A DNA stretch of 60,389 bases, filler included, from Bipalium vagum (taxonomy: Eukaryota): NCBI GenBank assembly GCA_037834085.1. It is 3 parts of 3 records of this genome, joined end to end, with 100 filler letters (N's around TTAATTAATTAA, not from the genome) between each part and the next. Parts side by side here need not be neighbours in the genome. Positions count along the whole stretch, not along the records: positions 1 to 20,493 come from JBBMKC010252313.1; positions 20,594 to 43,259 come from JBBMKC010218354.1; 1 more part is not named here. One strand, written 5' to 3'. Made by a program: the position numbers and the translations under genes. How positions within the stretch are numbered: position 1 is the stretch's first letter; every line of letters starts with the position of its first letter. Positions 12,331 through 25,560 of this stretch are shown in pieces. The notes beneath the pieces are model-generated. The model was given only the letters and a program-made list of their open reading frames with translations, was not told where the DNA came from and ran no database searches.

Positions 12331-13979
12331 AACCTTCAGCATCCTTCAAATTTATTAATTAATTAAAATAAAATATTTAGACAAACCGAAAACTGCATCA
12401 CTGATTCTTAAAATGTTCCAACGTTTCCTTACTTTTAAAAATTATTTAATATTATTTTTATAATATTATTTATAATATTATAATATTTTATAATATTATT
12501 TAATTATTTAATATTATATTAATTATTTAATATTTAAAAATTAAGAAATTTTTTTTAAAAAAATGGAAACATTTTTATTTTATATATTTAAAAAATATTT
12601 CCCTTTATCTTTATATCATATTTTCTTTATGTTTACTGTCTTGGAGTGTAAATAAGAAATTAACTGACTGATATGTAGAATGGTGAAAACCCTTTTTTAA
12701 TATCAGTTCACTCCGTTGATTTCGTTGTAAAAATTGTATTTTTGTAAATAAAAATACAAATAAAAATGTTTGCATTAAAAACATGACTCACAAAACTTAG
12801 AAGAAAAAAAGAAAGAAAAAATCTTGTCGAAGTTAAATCGGAGCTCCTATCAGAAAATGGTCGAATCGAAGTTATTAGGGCCTAAATCTTGCTATATCAT
12901 AATTCTCTATTATTATTATTTGGAGCCAACTGATAAGCGTGTGATTAGAGTAATCAATCATAAATTTAAAAGCAATTCACTTCTGAGATTCTTAATCATT
13001 TATTTTTATATTTATTATTGTTTATTTAAGTTCTCGGTTCAGCTTTTTCTTTTATTTCAAAGTTATTTTAGTTATAATAGGAATGAAAAATAAAAATTTT
13101 AATCTATAGATTTAGTTCAAAACCGAAAGAGGTCAAAAATAAAAAACGAAATGAGTTCGGAATCACATTGTTTACTAATCTTGCTGAGCTTATCCTTAAC
13201 CGTATAGTTTTATTGTGGTGATTTGAACAACTTAATTTTCAAGCACTCATATGCTCATAGAACGTCACACTAAATTTTACCGCTTGAGACCATTTTTCTG
13301 TCTCCTTTGGTCTATTTTTTGTCATTTTTTAAAACTGAAAAATCTGTTAAATATTTTTCGGATTAAATTATACATAGTAACAATATTACTATTTTTAGAT
13401 TTTTCATTATTTTGTTTTTTGTTATTTTCTATTTTTAGTAATCTCAATTTTTATCCTATTCAAATAAAATGAATTTATATATGATAACTTTTCTTCTTCC
13501 TTTTATATACATATTTTATTTTTTCTGACCCAGAATATTACTGTTTTATTACTCTTAGAAGTAAAGAAAAAACTGTTTTGGATTTGTTGTTAGAACATAT
13601 TTAACAAATATGTTCTAGCCATAGAGGTCTGTATTATAAAATTAACTGATAAATAAATAAATAACCTTTTAATAAATATTATTAAAAAGAACATTAAAAA
13701 AAACATATGTATTATTAAATTTAGACTTTTTAGTTTTTGATGTTAACGATATTAAATTAAAATTTTATGTTCTACACCCTTTTCTATTGTTTTTTGAAAG
13801 CTTTAAATCCTTTTGAAAAATGTATTTTTACGACATTTTTAAACTTATCTTTTTTATGGTAATATAATTGCAACTTCTTTATTTTCATATTATTCGTTCT
13901 GAATCATATTTGAAATAAATCTTATAATTATCATAATAAAATATATTTTAATAGAAATAAATCATAAAATATTTGAACA

Positions 13980-15043
13980 TATAAGGGAACCCAAAAAACA
14001 GCCTTTAAAAAACATTTATTCCAGAAATCGTACAACATTTCATAACAAATAATCAAATCAAATAGTCACCATGACACAAAATGGTGTTCAAATAATCTCT
14101 CAATCTGTTCAACTCAGGAATCAGTTTGTAACTGGTTTGCTTTTCCAGGAGCTGTTTCAGAAAAATTTTTATTTCGTGCACGAATTTGAATGCTTTTAGT
14201 CTTTCATTTGACTTCAAATTCCGAAATATAAACCAATACATCATGTTCATGTCAGGATTATAAGGTGTTTGTAGGATTAGCATGATAACAATCTGTTCCA
14301 AGAATATGTAAATTTGGCTATATGAGGGTGAGCGTTTTCCTTCGTATTGGAAGTTTTTATGTTGATGAGTTTCTATTTTAATTGATCAGCTTTATGTCAG
14401 AATTGATGGATCATCTTCGCTATTAATTGTTTATTATTTTAGAAATAGACCGAAAAGTCCGTAATAAAAAACCTTAGAAAAGGTTGTTGGGATAATTATA
14501 GGTAAAATTTTATTCATGTCAAAGAGGACAGGCTGATAGGTTTGTATAAATAAATGTTCCGTTTCATTACTATCCAAAAGCATTCGGCTAACTTCTAATC
14601 TTTGTGATTTTTAGGAATAATTCAAAAGAAAAAGAGGAACTCATTTATCCACCTTTTTTCTTACAAATATCTGGTTTGACCGCTAACTTGAACGTTTTTC
14701 TAACTGCTCGAAATGATTTATGAACTTTTATTTAAATCATCATTATCAAATAGCTGAACTCTCCTCAAATTCAAAACTTTTATGTTTCGAGTAGCTTCGG
14801 TTGTCTTATGCTTTGATTTCCATTCATATAAAAATATTGTACATATTACCGTATTATTTTATTTTGAATTCCATAATATTTAATAATAATTTAGATTTCA
14901 AGCTTATACTGATTTATAAATCGTTTCTTTATATTAATTATTACATTTTAAGCATTATTTTAAAAAAAAGTTATTTAAATTCGGAAATTTCATAAGCTAC
15001 AATCTAATAATTGTTGACATGGATTACATTTGGCTCCCTAGTA
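13980..15043 (-). mobile_element. Decayed mariner-like element
   Basis: K*VP, ENAHPH (DNARPH-like) and QTPYNPDMN...CHGDYL. Possible TIRs TATAAGGGAACCCAAA / TTTGGCTCCCTAGTA; boundaries uncertain. Confidence 0.6.
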
Positions 15044-15458
15044 AAATTAATAGTCTGGCTGGCAACGTTAAGGTTCTGGGTAAGTCGCCGAAAAACCCGG
15101 ACTGGTGGGTGCGATAGATAGATATAATTTTTATATCGATGGGTTTCAAAAGTTCATAAAAAGACAAATGCAGACATTGTGAAACGATTAAATAGAATTA
15201 TAAAACTTACGCTGTTGTGGATTTGTAAAAGGATGTTGTTAATAAAAAATACAACCATATGTTTTAGGTATTGTCGGACATGTTAAATATATTTAGCTGT
15301 CCAGAAAGTCTTTGTTAAATACAAAATGTTTCAAAACGTTATACAAACAATTTGACTGCATGAATAATATTTTTTATATCAGCGTAAAATACAAATTCCA
15401 ATCTATTGAATTTATTTTCATTAATTATTAATTGATTTATTAATATTTTTGTTAATAG

Positions 15459-15918
15459 ATGACAAATGAACGATCAAATATTTTGGCGATGCACAGAAGG
15501 GAGAAAACTTCAAATTTAAATCTCGAGATACAAGGGGCTATGTCATAATGGCGACCGTTCTGGAAGAGGAAGAAAGTGGATCGCAAACACGTTCAGAAGC
15601 CACAAGATCATCAAGAAGCAGGTTATGCGTAATCCATGGATATCAAACAGAAAAATAACCAGTGAGACCGGCATCAGCCACTCATCGGTTTACAGAATGG
15701 CCAAAACAGAGCTCAACCTAAAGCCTTACAAGCTCCACAAAGACCAACAGATGTAAACAAAGGAGTACGACTAAAGAGATATATGCAACTTCTGAACGGG
15801 GCCGCAGGTGAGAAATGGGAGAAAATCGTCTTTATCGATGAGAAGCTGTTTAAAATTAAATAATGTCAAAGGTCAACTGAAAACCCCGGACCATCTGCTA
15901 TAGTCACGCATTGCCAAA
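15459..15918 (+). mobile_element. maT/DD37D-like transposase N-terminal half
   Basis: DRSGRGRKWIANT...RNPWISNRKITSETGISHSSVYRMAKTELNLKPYKL...WEKIVFIDEKLF; GC content higher than the flanks. Confidence 0.75.
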
Positions 15919-15919
15919 A

Positions 15920-16775
15920 TCTTTTATCAACTCTGTACGTTTCTGTTGAAAAAAATTTTTTAATTTTTACAGTTGTTAGCAATATACATTTGAATCAATT
16001 GTTTTTAATGGTAAGAGCACAAAATATATAATACCCTTGTAAGTTCACCATATGGATACCATAAAATTTTTTTGGTTGGTATCAGGTTTCGATATTCTTT
16101 GACTGTTCTCACTAGACTTTGACCATGGTCTTTTACATTTGACATTATTGTATACAATTCATTTTTTGTCACCGGTTATCAGTTTTTCAAAAATCGACTT
16201 CTTTAATTTCGTTTGAGGAGCATGTCACAAATATTGATACGTTGAGTTAACTGAATTTCATTTTATGTAGAAACCCCCAAATATCAAGCTTTTTGAATAT
16301 TTCTTAATTAATTATCAATAGTTGTTTTCAACAAATCAAACTTTGCCATATCACGAACGGTAATTTGTCTGTCATATTCGATAACTACTTCTTCATAACT
16401 ACGTCTTCATTCAGTTGAACTGGCCTACCAGAATTGAGATCTTTCAGGAATGAAATTTGATAAACCAAATCTGGCAAGTACGTTGTTATTCAATCTTTGC
16501 CATAGACTCTACATAGTTTTCGATGTCTATCTGAAACTTCTTTGTCTTTTAAGTTAATAAAGTGCAATATGTCTAATATGTTCATGTAGATTTTGCATTT
16601 TCAAATATGAGGCGTATAAAATTTATGCATATAAAAAAATTTTAAAATTTTGTGAAATATAGATATTAGTATATGATATAATAAAAATTTACATTAAATG
16701 CACTCATACTTACAAAACAAATATTAACAACTTCCACAATGCAAAAACCGAAAAGACTTTTCGGACAACCTAATA
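15920..16775 (-). mobile_element. mariner (cecropia-like), 5' TIR plus truncated transposase
   Basis: TIR TATTAGGTTGTCCGAAAAGTC at 16775; MQNLHEHIRH...; LITGDKK*IVYNN; MVSIW*TYKGIIYF. Confidence 0.85.
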
Positions 16776-19700
16776 AAAATAAAAAATTGTTCTAATAATG
16801 ACAAAGAATTTAATTCATTTCATTTTCAGAATTTGTCACCATTACACCTTAAATCTATGTTATCCTTATTCTAATTGATGGACCCGGAAATGAATTATCC
16901 AGAATTTGTGAAATCATTATGTGCCAATGAAAAATGAAATCGAGATAAAACAAAAAAATTGAAATGTAGTGTATTCAGTTGATCTATTAAATGACAACGT
17001 CAAGCTCCATGTTTATCCATAAATTCAAGTAACCCTGCAACAATTAAAATAAGAACTTATGGCCCGTGTAGTTAGTATAGCCTAGAAGTTACTTTATTCA
17101 AATTCTAATATTATTTTAAGTCAACTAATAGATAAAATAAATTAGTCTATAATTTCATTTCTTCGAATTTCATCTTTTCAAGTTTCATCTTTTGGATCTT
17201 TGAAACATTTCCTTGCATATCAAACAATCAGAAACATCGATGATCCACAAATTTTAATCAAAGCCAGAAAAATATTTCCATAAAAGTATTCATTGTTTGC
17301 GCAAAAAATGATAATAAAAATATCTATGTTAAAAATTGTGTACACTAACATTGGATTAATGTTTGTTATTCGTTTGCAAATTATTTGAAAAACATTGAAG
17401 GTTTTAATGAACCAAAAATATATGCAAACCCCAAATTGAAATTCGATAATTTTTCAATTGTTGATTAATATAATACCCATGTGTTGAGTTTCTTTTTGAA
17501 CCCAGCCCTAATCAATTTGTTGACATTTATGACATTTCTTTCTTAATTTAACTAAAAATTTCATCGAAGTTTTAATTAAATTTAATTAAAATTAATGTCA
17601 TAAATAATGATCATTTGTCTAATTATGGTAAAAAAATGTGGTCATAATTTTGTGAATTTTATGTTTTTTTTCCTTTTTACTGTTAATTTCAATATAAATA
17701 TTATAAGTTAGTGAGAATGAATAAATATCACAATTTGAGAATATTGGATATAATTAGATATAAATCAACGTTCATCCTGTAAAGAAAATAAACATGGTAA
17801 ATAAATCAATCAATAAAAGCACTGAATAATAATAAATAATTTTGAAGATTTTCAAAAATTTAATAAAATATTGTTATAATAGAATATTTTATGATATGTA
17901 TGTATATTATTAATTATACATAATAGTATTAATTATTTTAAAAATAGTTTGGAAAGTCTACAATTTGTAGAGTATAAATATGAAATCCGCTGTGATTATG
18001 AATATCGATATACATACTCAAAAATCTTTTGATTCTACTTGTATAAGGAAAAATTCATATGAAAGTTACAAATGGTAAGCAGAACTGAAAATAAATAAAA
18101 AATATTTTACATCTTCAGACTTAGGTAAATAATTATTAACTTGACAATATAATAATCACGAAAAATTAATATATTTGTCATTTTAAAAATTCAATGTGAA
18201 CTTTGGAAAAATCCACTTTAGCAAAGTCATTCATTTTTTACTGAAGAACTGTTTAAAAGCCTTAAGATTTAGTAAATAGTTTTAAGATCGTTTCAAGAAC
18301 AAAACTGGGTCTTTTATGATAAGATTTGTCAGATATCTCTAGAACCTATGAAACAAACCTGTTCTCATTCTATAAATTCGTTTTTTAATCTGATATGTAA
18401 TTAAAAGAATTGTAACAGTGGATTTAGCAAAATTTCGTTATAAATTGAATTCATAGCTCTTTATGACAGTTTTTTCTCCAGTTTCATTTACTGTTTGACA
18501 TTAAATGAAACTGTCAAAACAAATTGACATGCCCAGTCACAATATCCGGTAATCGTCACATTAATATTCGGTTAAAGTATTTTATTCCAAATCTTTCTGA
18601 ATTTAAAAAGAATATTTATCTCCAGATTACATTTTTTCAAATATACGCAAAACTTTGTGTAAATCCATTAAGTTGATTTAAACAACAGTAATTAATGATT
18701 AAAAACTAGGAACTTTATTTTTGATAAATAAAACCAGTGAAAGAAATTGTCTTAAATTAATGTAATAAACCATTCCTTAACGAAATGATAACGTAGACAA
18801 TGATGCTCATTTATTCATGAATTCAACTTATATGTACATGTATAAAATTTCATTCAATACATCTGTAAATATAAGTTGTTTCCATTAACAAATTCACAAA
18901 ATGAAAAACCGCTTTACTAAAAAAAACGATCATTGACTTACGTTTTTTTCAACTGATGATTTTACTAAAAACTGAAGTAATAAAAACCGATTTACAATTA
19001 TAAGCAGACAAGTAAAAATTGAACATATGATTCCACTGATATATCGATTACCTTTAGTCATTTTCAGCAACATAACATAATAATCAGCACAATCAAAACG
19101 AGTGAATGGTATGAGAAAAATAACGTATTGGCGAGAGTTGCGAAAATAAACCAGTAACAAAGATAGTTAGCCTTAAATTTCATTGAATTGATACAGCCAC
19201 TACTGAAGAAAACGATCTCGTTTTTGGATAAGTTAGCATTTCATAGATTTAATGAAAATAGTCAATAGTTGGTCGAATCATATTATATTACACAATCGGC
19301 TAGAGAATGGCTTCGATATTGCCCAAATGTCTGGTTGTCCTTTCTGTCTAAGTGGTCAGGACTTGTTATCCAATATTACCATAAGTTGTTTAATCGATAC
19401 TGAAGTTAATTAGATCATTATATTGATAAATAGCTGAGAAAAACTGAATTATTTGTCATTTAATTATAAAAGATTAGAAATCTCTGGTCGTTAGAATTCT
19501 GATCTGTTTTTTTTAATAATATTAAAAGTTTAATTTTAAATTTTGACATTATTTTCCGTTTGCTCTGTACAGGTTCGTAAAAATGAGGACAGACGTTGGA
19601 AATATGAAAGTTGATAAAAAAAATAATTTTCAAAATTATCGATAGATGAATTGTTCACAAAAAAATCTTTTATAGTGAAAATAAATTGATATTTTCAATA

Positions 19701-20493
19701 AATAATGACCTCGTTGGAATTTAAAATTTTTTTTAAGCTTTTAAATTAACACCAAACAGATTTTCATTTTTAAATTTCTTTTAGCAAATTGTGTCTTTTT
19801 CTCATATTTCACCTTCACATATAAAAATTCTGGAAAAATTAAAATTAATTTATTAATAATTATATTATATTATTTATTAATATATAAAGATTAGGATAAA
19901 TTCTCTTTAAACAAATGCTTTAGTCGAAGATTATCCAATATTGGAGCTATTAACAACTTTTTTTAATTTAGTATCATTTTAATAACAAAAGCAGTTAATT
20001 TCCTTTTACTTACTTGTCGTTAATCCATGTCTTTTTCATAGAATTAGTGAAGTTAACTGGAATATTTTAAGTCTTCATTATCCTTTTTATATGATTTATT
20101 AATATTTAACTTTCCTCTTGGTTTTAATTTTTACCTGAGATAACTGTTTTTTTAAAATTAACTTTATTAAAGTAAACTAAAATTAAAATCGATATTCATT
20201 TCTTATTGGATTATAATGTATTTAACTAATACTAATTCAATTAAATTAATTTTGGATTCTTTAAGGTAATCCTTCAGTTAATAAGTGTAAAATATTTTAA
20301 AGTATCAAGAAACTTCTGAAATTTTTTTTACTATGTTTAATGTTTGAATTCATGTGGCGTGAAAATAGGAGTAACTGCTAGAAAGTAGTGTAAAGCGGGA
20401 TTGACAAATAATGAAGTGTTACTAATATACGGAAATGTAGCAACGTGTGCTCGTCTGCTTTTGACTCCTCACTATTTGTACTCGTTGTGTTCG

Positions 20494-20593
20494 NNNNNNN
20501 NNNNNNNNNNNNNNNNNNNNNNNNNNNNNNNNNNNNNTTAATTAATTAANNNNNNNNNNNNNNNNNNNNNNNNNNNNNNNNNNNNNNNNNNNN
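20494..20593. other. Assembly gap with artificial linker
   Basis: N44-TTAATTAATTAA-N44, 100 nt total. Confidence 0.97.
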
Positions 20594-20883
20594 ATTGTTA
20601 ATTGTGAATTATTGTTAATGGATAGTTCTTTCACGATGATTGTTGGTTCTTCACTGTGCTTGATAACTTCATGGTTGATTTTTGGGATGTTGATTGGGAT
20701 CCGCGTAGTCTCCACAAGAAGAACGAACTGGAGACCACACCGAAAACCGGAAGCATGAAAAAAATAAGTTATAGATGCTTTATCAAAAAACCACAGAAAA
20801 TTTTGGGAGTTCAAATCAGACGATATAACGACAAAACTACTCTAAAAATGTATTAAATGAAATGAGGGTGAAACTCTTTATTT

Positions 20884-21429
20884 ACAACAATCAAACTGCA
20901 ACACTCAGGTACACTAAATCAACAAACTGCTCAATACAGTCTCAACAAAACAACAAACACTCTTTAATTAAAAAGATGTGCCAGGGAAAACCCTGATCAG
21001 CAAAATAAAATTATAAATCAAAAACATACCAAGTTTTCCTGATAATTTTCTGGGCTAAAAATAATGAATTTTTGCTGGCTTATATATATATATATAATAT
21101 TATATACTATTTTACTGTTTCTTTTAGCGTCTCTGATTGTCCAGTTAAGCTGTCAATCGTGACGTACTTTCTAAATTTAATTATTACTAAACATAAAATA
21201 AAATTCTGAAATTATGATTAAAATTTTAGAGAGACATGCTACTGATTAAAAATCAATAGTTGATTCTAAAATAATATTTTTTTAATAAATCTAAATTTAT
21301 TTAATTAATTTTAAATTAACAATTAATAATTAAAATAAATAATTTTAAATTAACCAGTGCATTATTTAAATTTTTTTTCGTCAAAATTTTATGTACAGAA
21401 ACTTATAAGATAGAAGTCAAACCTCAACA
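20884..21429 (-). repeat. LTR-like repeat family A, copy 1
   Basis: Clear alignment to 29491-30063 (TGTGCCAGGGAAAACCCTG; CATACCAAGTTTTCCTGATAATTTTCTGG; GTTAAGCTGTCAATC); begins TGTTGAG on the minus strand. Confidence 0.8.
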
Positions 21430-21434
21430 GTCAT

Positions 21435-22015
21435 CTGACCAGAATATTATGTAAAGAGTTGGAATCCGCAGTTGATTGCCCTAAAATTGTTCGAAGGAAA
21501 TCATGTCAGAAGAAACTACTGCGAGACCATTGAGAAGAACTACGTCAAAAGAAGTTTAAATTTTATTTGGTATATCAATCTTTATGATCTCTATGCCACA
21601 GGAACTTATGACGGTTCTGTGCTGTTTGGGGATTTCTGAGCTAACCAGATTGGGCTCAGTAAACCACCCTTTGGACCTGTCGTCGACAGATTGGTGAGAG
21701 GATTCTTATTCTTTGTTTTTAAATTTTATGTTTTAAATTAATCTTTAATTAAGACATTTCATTAACATTGTTATGTAATATTATTTAATTATTTATTAAT
21801 TCTTATTTTCTTTATTTTGATTTTGTAGAGTTATTTGATTGTGTGACTGCTGACATTTTTATTGACTATTCAATTTGATAATTTGTTACTTTGTTAATAA
21901 AGTGTTGCTTGTAGTTGTTTTGATTCATTCATTTGCGTACAGGTTTTGACAAACGTGAAGGGGTCAGTAAACTTTACGATTTAAGAGTTACGACAGCGTT
22001 CATATTAGCGTAACA
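21435..22015 (+). repeat. LTR-like repeat family B, 5'-truncated copy
   Basis: Ends TTACGACAGCGTTCATATTAGCGTAACA like 34421; internal AATAAA; hairpin shared with the 33452-34421 copy. Confidence 0.65.
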
Positions 22016-22019
22016 GAAA

Positions 22020-23050
22020 CAACAATAAAAGAAGAAGCAAAGTTGTGGCTGGCTCACACGTTTATAGAGAAGAAACAAATAACCGATTCAATTTGCGAAT
22101 TGTCAGAGGTTAGACAAAATTCGGATGAACGATTTGCAACTTTTGATATTCTTATTCGGAATCTAATGAACGACATCTTTAATTTTGATTGTTCCAAAAA
22201 GAGATCATTACCGAATTTTTAACAAAACGAACTTGGAAGTGTTGGACTTTCAGATGGTCTTGTTTCGAAACAGAACGCCAAAGTCGAAGATATCAGAGCT
22301 TTGGCCAAACTATATGAAACACGGAAATCAAAACTGGATCAGAAGAAGGAAATCCAAGTCAATGTCGTAAGACAAAGAAAGCTATGCAGAAACAGTACAA
22401 AGAAAATTTCCAAGAGAATTTCAGCCAAAATGTGCTAATACATCTACGTACAATCGAGTTGCTCAAAGGATAAATTTGGCATCTGCTATAGTTAAAGAAG
22501 CACAAAAAGAATATTGAAAAGATGTCGGATTTAGAACACAACAAAGACGAGAACATAAGTCAACATATTCAGAGCAACGAGAAGATCCACAATTCTCTAC
22601 CAAGTATATAGCCAAACGATTTTACAACAAATGTAAAGGTATCCCAGCACCCCGAGATGAATATCTGCAGTGAAATCAATGTTTTTGCTGCGGTGATTAT
22701 TATCATGCATTGTCCACTGAAAAACAAATCTGATTTTTGAAAAAGATAAGCACCTTTTTCGTTCATGCCCAATGTTGAATTCAAATTCAATAATTCCAAG
22801 AAGATCCTTAATGAGCATTCATGATTAGCTATTATAATAGAAGAGGATTCACGAAACCATGACGATGCTTATGAATAAGATGAAGAAAAAACCAGGCCGA
22901 ACTCATTGCTCACATGTGGTCTGTGGGGTTGAACCATTAAGATCCTCACAAAATCGAATATGCCAGATGTTCAGATGTTTAAGACAGTGGATGGCAGACT
23001 GTGAAGTTAGATGAAGATAAGAGTCATAAAAATCAAAATGTTGTGGGATT
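22020..23050 (+). pseudogene. Degenerate gag-like region
   Basis: Follows the LTR-like end; QCFCCGDYYH (CX2CX4H partial zinc knuckle) at ~22677-22706; many stops. Confidence 0.35.
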
Positions 23051-25249
23051 CTGGAGCCTAATTTATTGTGATTGTGAGCATTTGAACATATTTTTGAATT
23101 TTAAAATTTTTATAGTTTCCTTTTTAAAATGCGATATGAATATTCATTAATTTAATGTATTAGTTAATTTTAAAATAATAATTTAATTTTAAAATATCTT
23201 TTTAAAAAAAATAATAAAAGAGACACTTTATTTTTAGTCTTTTGCTTTTTGCAGAGTATGAAAATGAAATATTTGTTCGGTCTATTATTAAAATTTAATT
23301 TTTAAATAAATTTTAGTTGTTCTTATTATTTTTTTATATTGATAAAATAACGTAATTTCATGTATTAAAAATGCTAAAATGGTTGAAACAATTTATTAAT
23401 ACAATACATATTTATAGTTCCCTTAGGCAAGCCAAAAATTTTTCCCATAAGTTATTTTCATTTTTTCTTCGCCGTATTGCTTCCAATAGGTGTGGAGACT
23501 CCCAGGCCCGATCCCAAATTCAATCCCAAATCCAATCTCAAATTCTCGATAAAACAATAAATGACAATTTAGTGATTTTAAAAACATTCTAGTATTTTAG
23601 TGTTTTTTAGGTTTATGTTTTTGTGTCGGATAAAAATATAATTTTATTTTTATATAAATATAATTCTTATTTTTATGTAAAGTTAAAACCCGAAGTTTAA
23701 TTAATTATCCTTCCTATCTGTCTAAAATATAAAATAAAATATGAAATATAAAATTACAGTAAAAATTATATATATATAAAATACAAAAATTATTATTATA
23801 ATTATAATTAATTAAAAAATTGATCATTTTGATGATTAATTTATGAAATATTTGGAAAAGATTGTTTAGTAACATAAAGTTACTATAAATAATTTTTTCA
23901 ATAATAATTTTAATCAATGTTACTATAAATAATTTTATAGTCAAAACTTTTAAGATAAACTCTAAAAATAGTAACATAAAGTTACTATAATTAAAAATAC
24001 AGAAAAAAATATAAATACTGAAGTATTTCAGTGTCATGACACACAAAAAAAAAGCATAAACTCAAACTCTAAGAAGAGGAAAGCGAACTCAAACCGACAA
24101 TCAGCATTTGGATCAAAAAGGTCGCAACAGACCCAAATAAAACCGAAGGAAGCATCAGATACAAAACAATCCTGAAGAAAGTTTCAAAGGCAAGTAGCCA
24201 GAGGAAGGGATCAGATATTAATCTAGGACAAATAACGGAGCATTAGCCTCGGTGACCAGCTCAACGAGAAAACTTCAACATTTAGTCATTTATTTTATTG
24301 CAATAAGTTTATTAGATTTGTAATCAAATCTAAATAGACTTTAATTATTCATAAATTAAATAAATATAAAATAATTTTTGGGTTTCACACTGCTCACAGG
24401 TGAACCGATATCCAAATAAAAAATAGTAATTAAAAACAAAATTAAAAGCTATAATTCGATTACGAATTATAAGTTATTAATTAAATTAAATAAATACTAA
24501 GGATTGGACAGCAACTCCAATACATTATTATCAAATAATTGTTATCTTTTTTCTTACTTCCAAGTATTTTCTTTTTTGTGTTCTACACGTCTAATAGGAC
24601 GGAGAACCGAATTTTTAACTGAGGGCCCTTGAGAGTAAGATACCGAAGGGTGATATGACTTTTCTCTGAACTTCTTATCTCGGGTTTTAATTCCAAAGTA
24701 AAATTGTATTAAAAAATAAAATTGTCAGATTTATATAAAATATATTTTATAAAACAACTTGTTAGCTCAGTTGATCGATTAAAAATTTATCGTTTTACAA
24801 GTGTAAAAGTTTATCATTTTAAAAGTTAAAAAAATTTGCAATCAGTATTTGTTAAAAAGTTTAAAAGGTTCAACTTTTTGTAATTAACATTTTTATTGTC
24901 ACTCAAATTTTAACTTCGAACGTACGCGCACTAAATCCTTCTGAATTTGCATATATTTTATGTTAAGTTCCTAAAAGTCCACTATAGATATTCTTAACCC
25001 AATAAACGTAAAAAGTCAAATTTCGATATTCTTAACCCGAATAAATATTAAAAATTATTTTTATATTATCTTTTTAGTCGAAACTTAACATACACTTCAT
25101 AAAAATAATAAAAATCATAAAATGGTAAAGCAAAGAGTCTCTTTTATTAGAACTATATTTCAATCGGCTAGTTCATAGAACTGCAAACAAAAGACAACTC
25201 AAAAAATAGGTAAAAAATAAATTACTGATTTTATCAATTCCTATCTTAT

Positions 25250-25560
25250 TCTTATCACAACGGTCTCAATAATGCTGACCCTAAAGTTACCGACAAATAA
25301 CTATCGCTTTATTTCTCTTTTCAACTGATTTAGCATATGTATCTGAACCATATATTTTACTGTCAGTTAGCTCCTACTTAATTCTCAGACAATAACGTAT
25401 TTTCTCATATCTTACATCAACCTACTTGACTAAGGTTATGATATTAAATTTCTAATTGGCAATTTAATAATTGGTTGGGACATTATTATTTGATATCATC
25501 TGTACGTTAACAGATCATAAGCAAATTGATTTTATGTTATCTCAATTTGGTGATCGATAT
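25250..25560 (+). pseudogene. LINE reverse transcriptase fragment
   Basis: ADPK..NYRFISLFN, resembling the NYRPISLL motif. Confidence 0.45.

Noticed and set aside
24762-24780. TAGCTCAGTTG tRNA A-box
   Set aside because: No B-box or cloverleaf follows.
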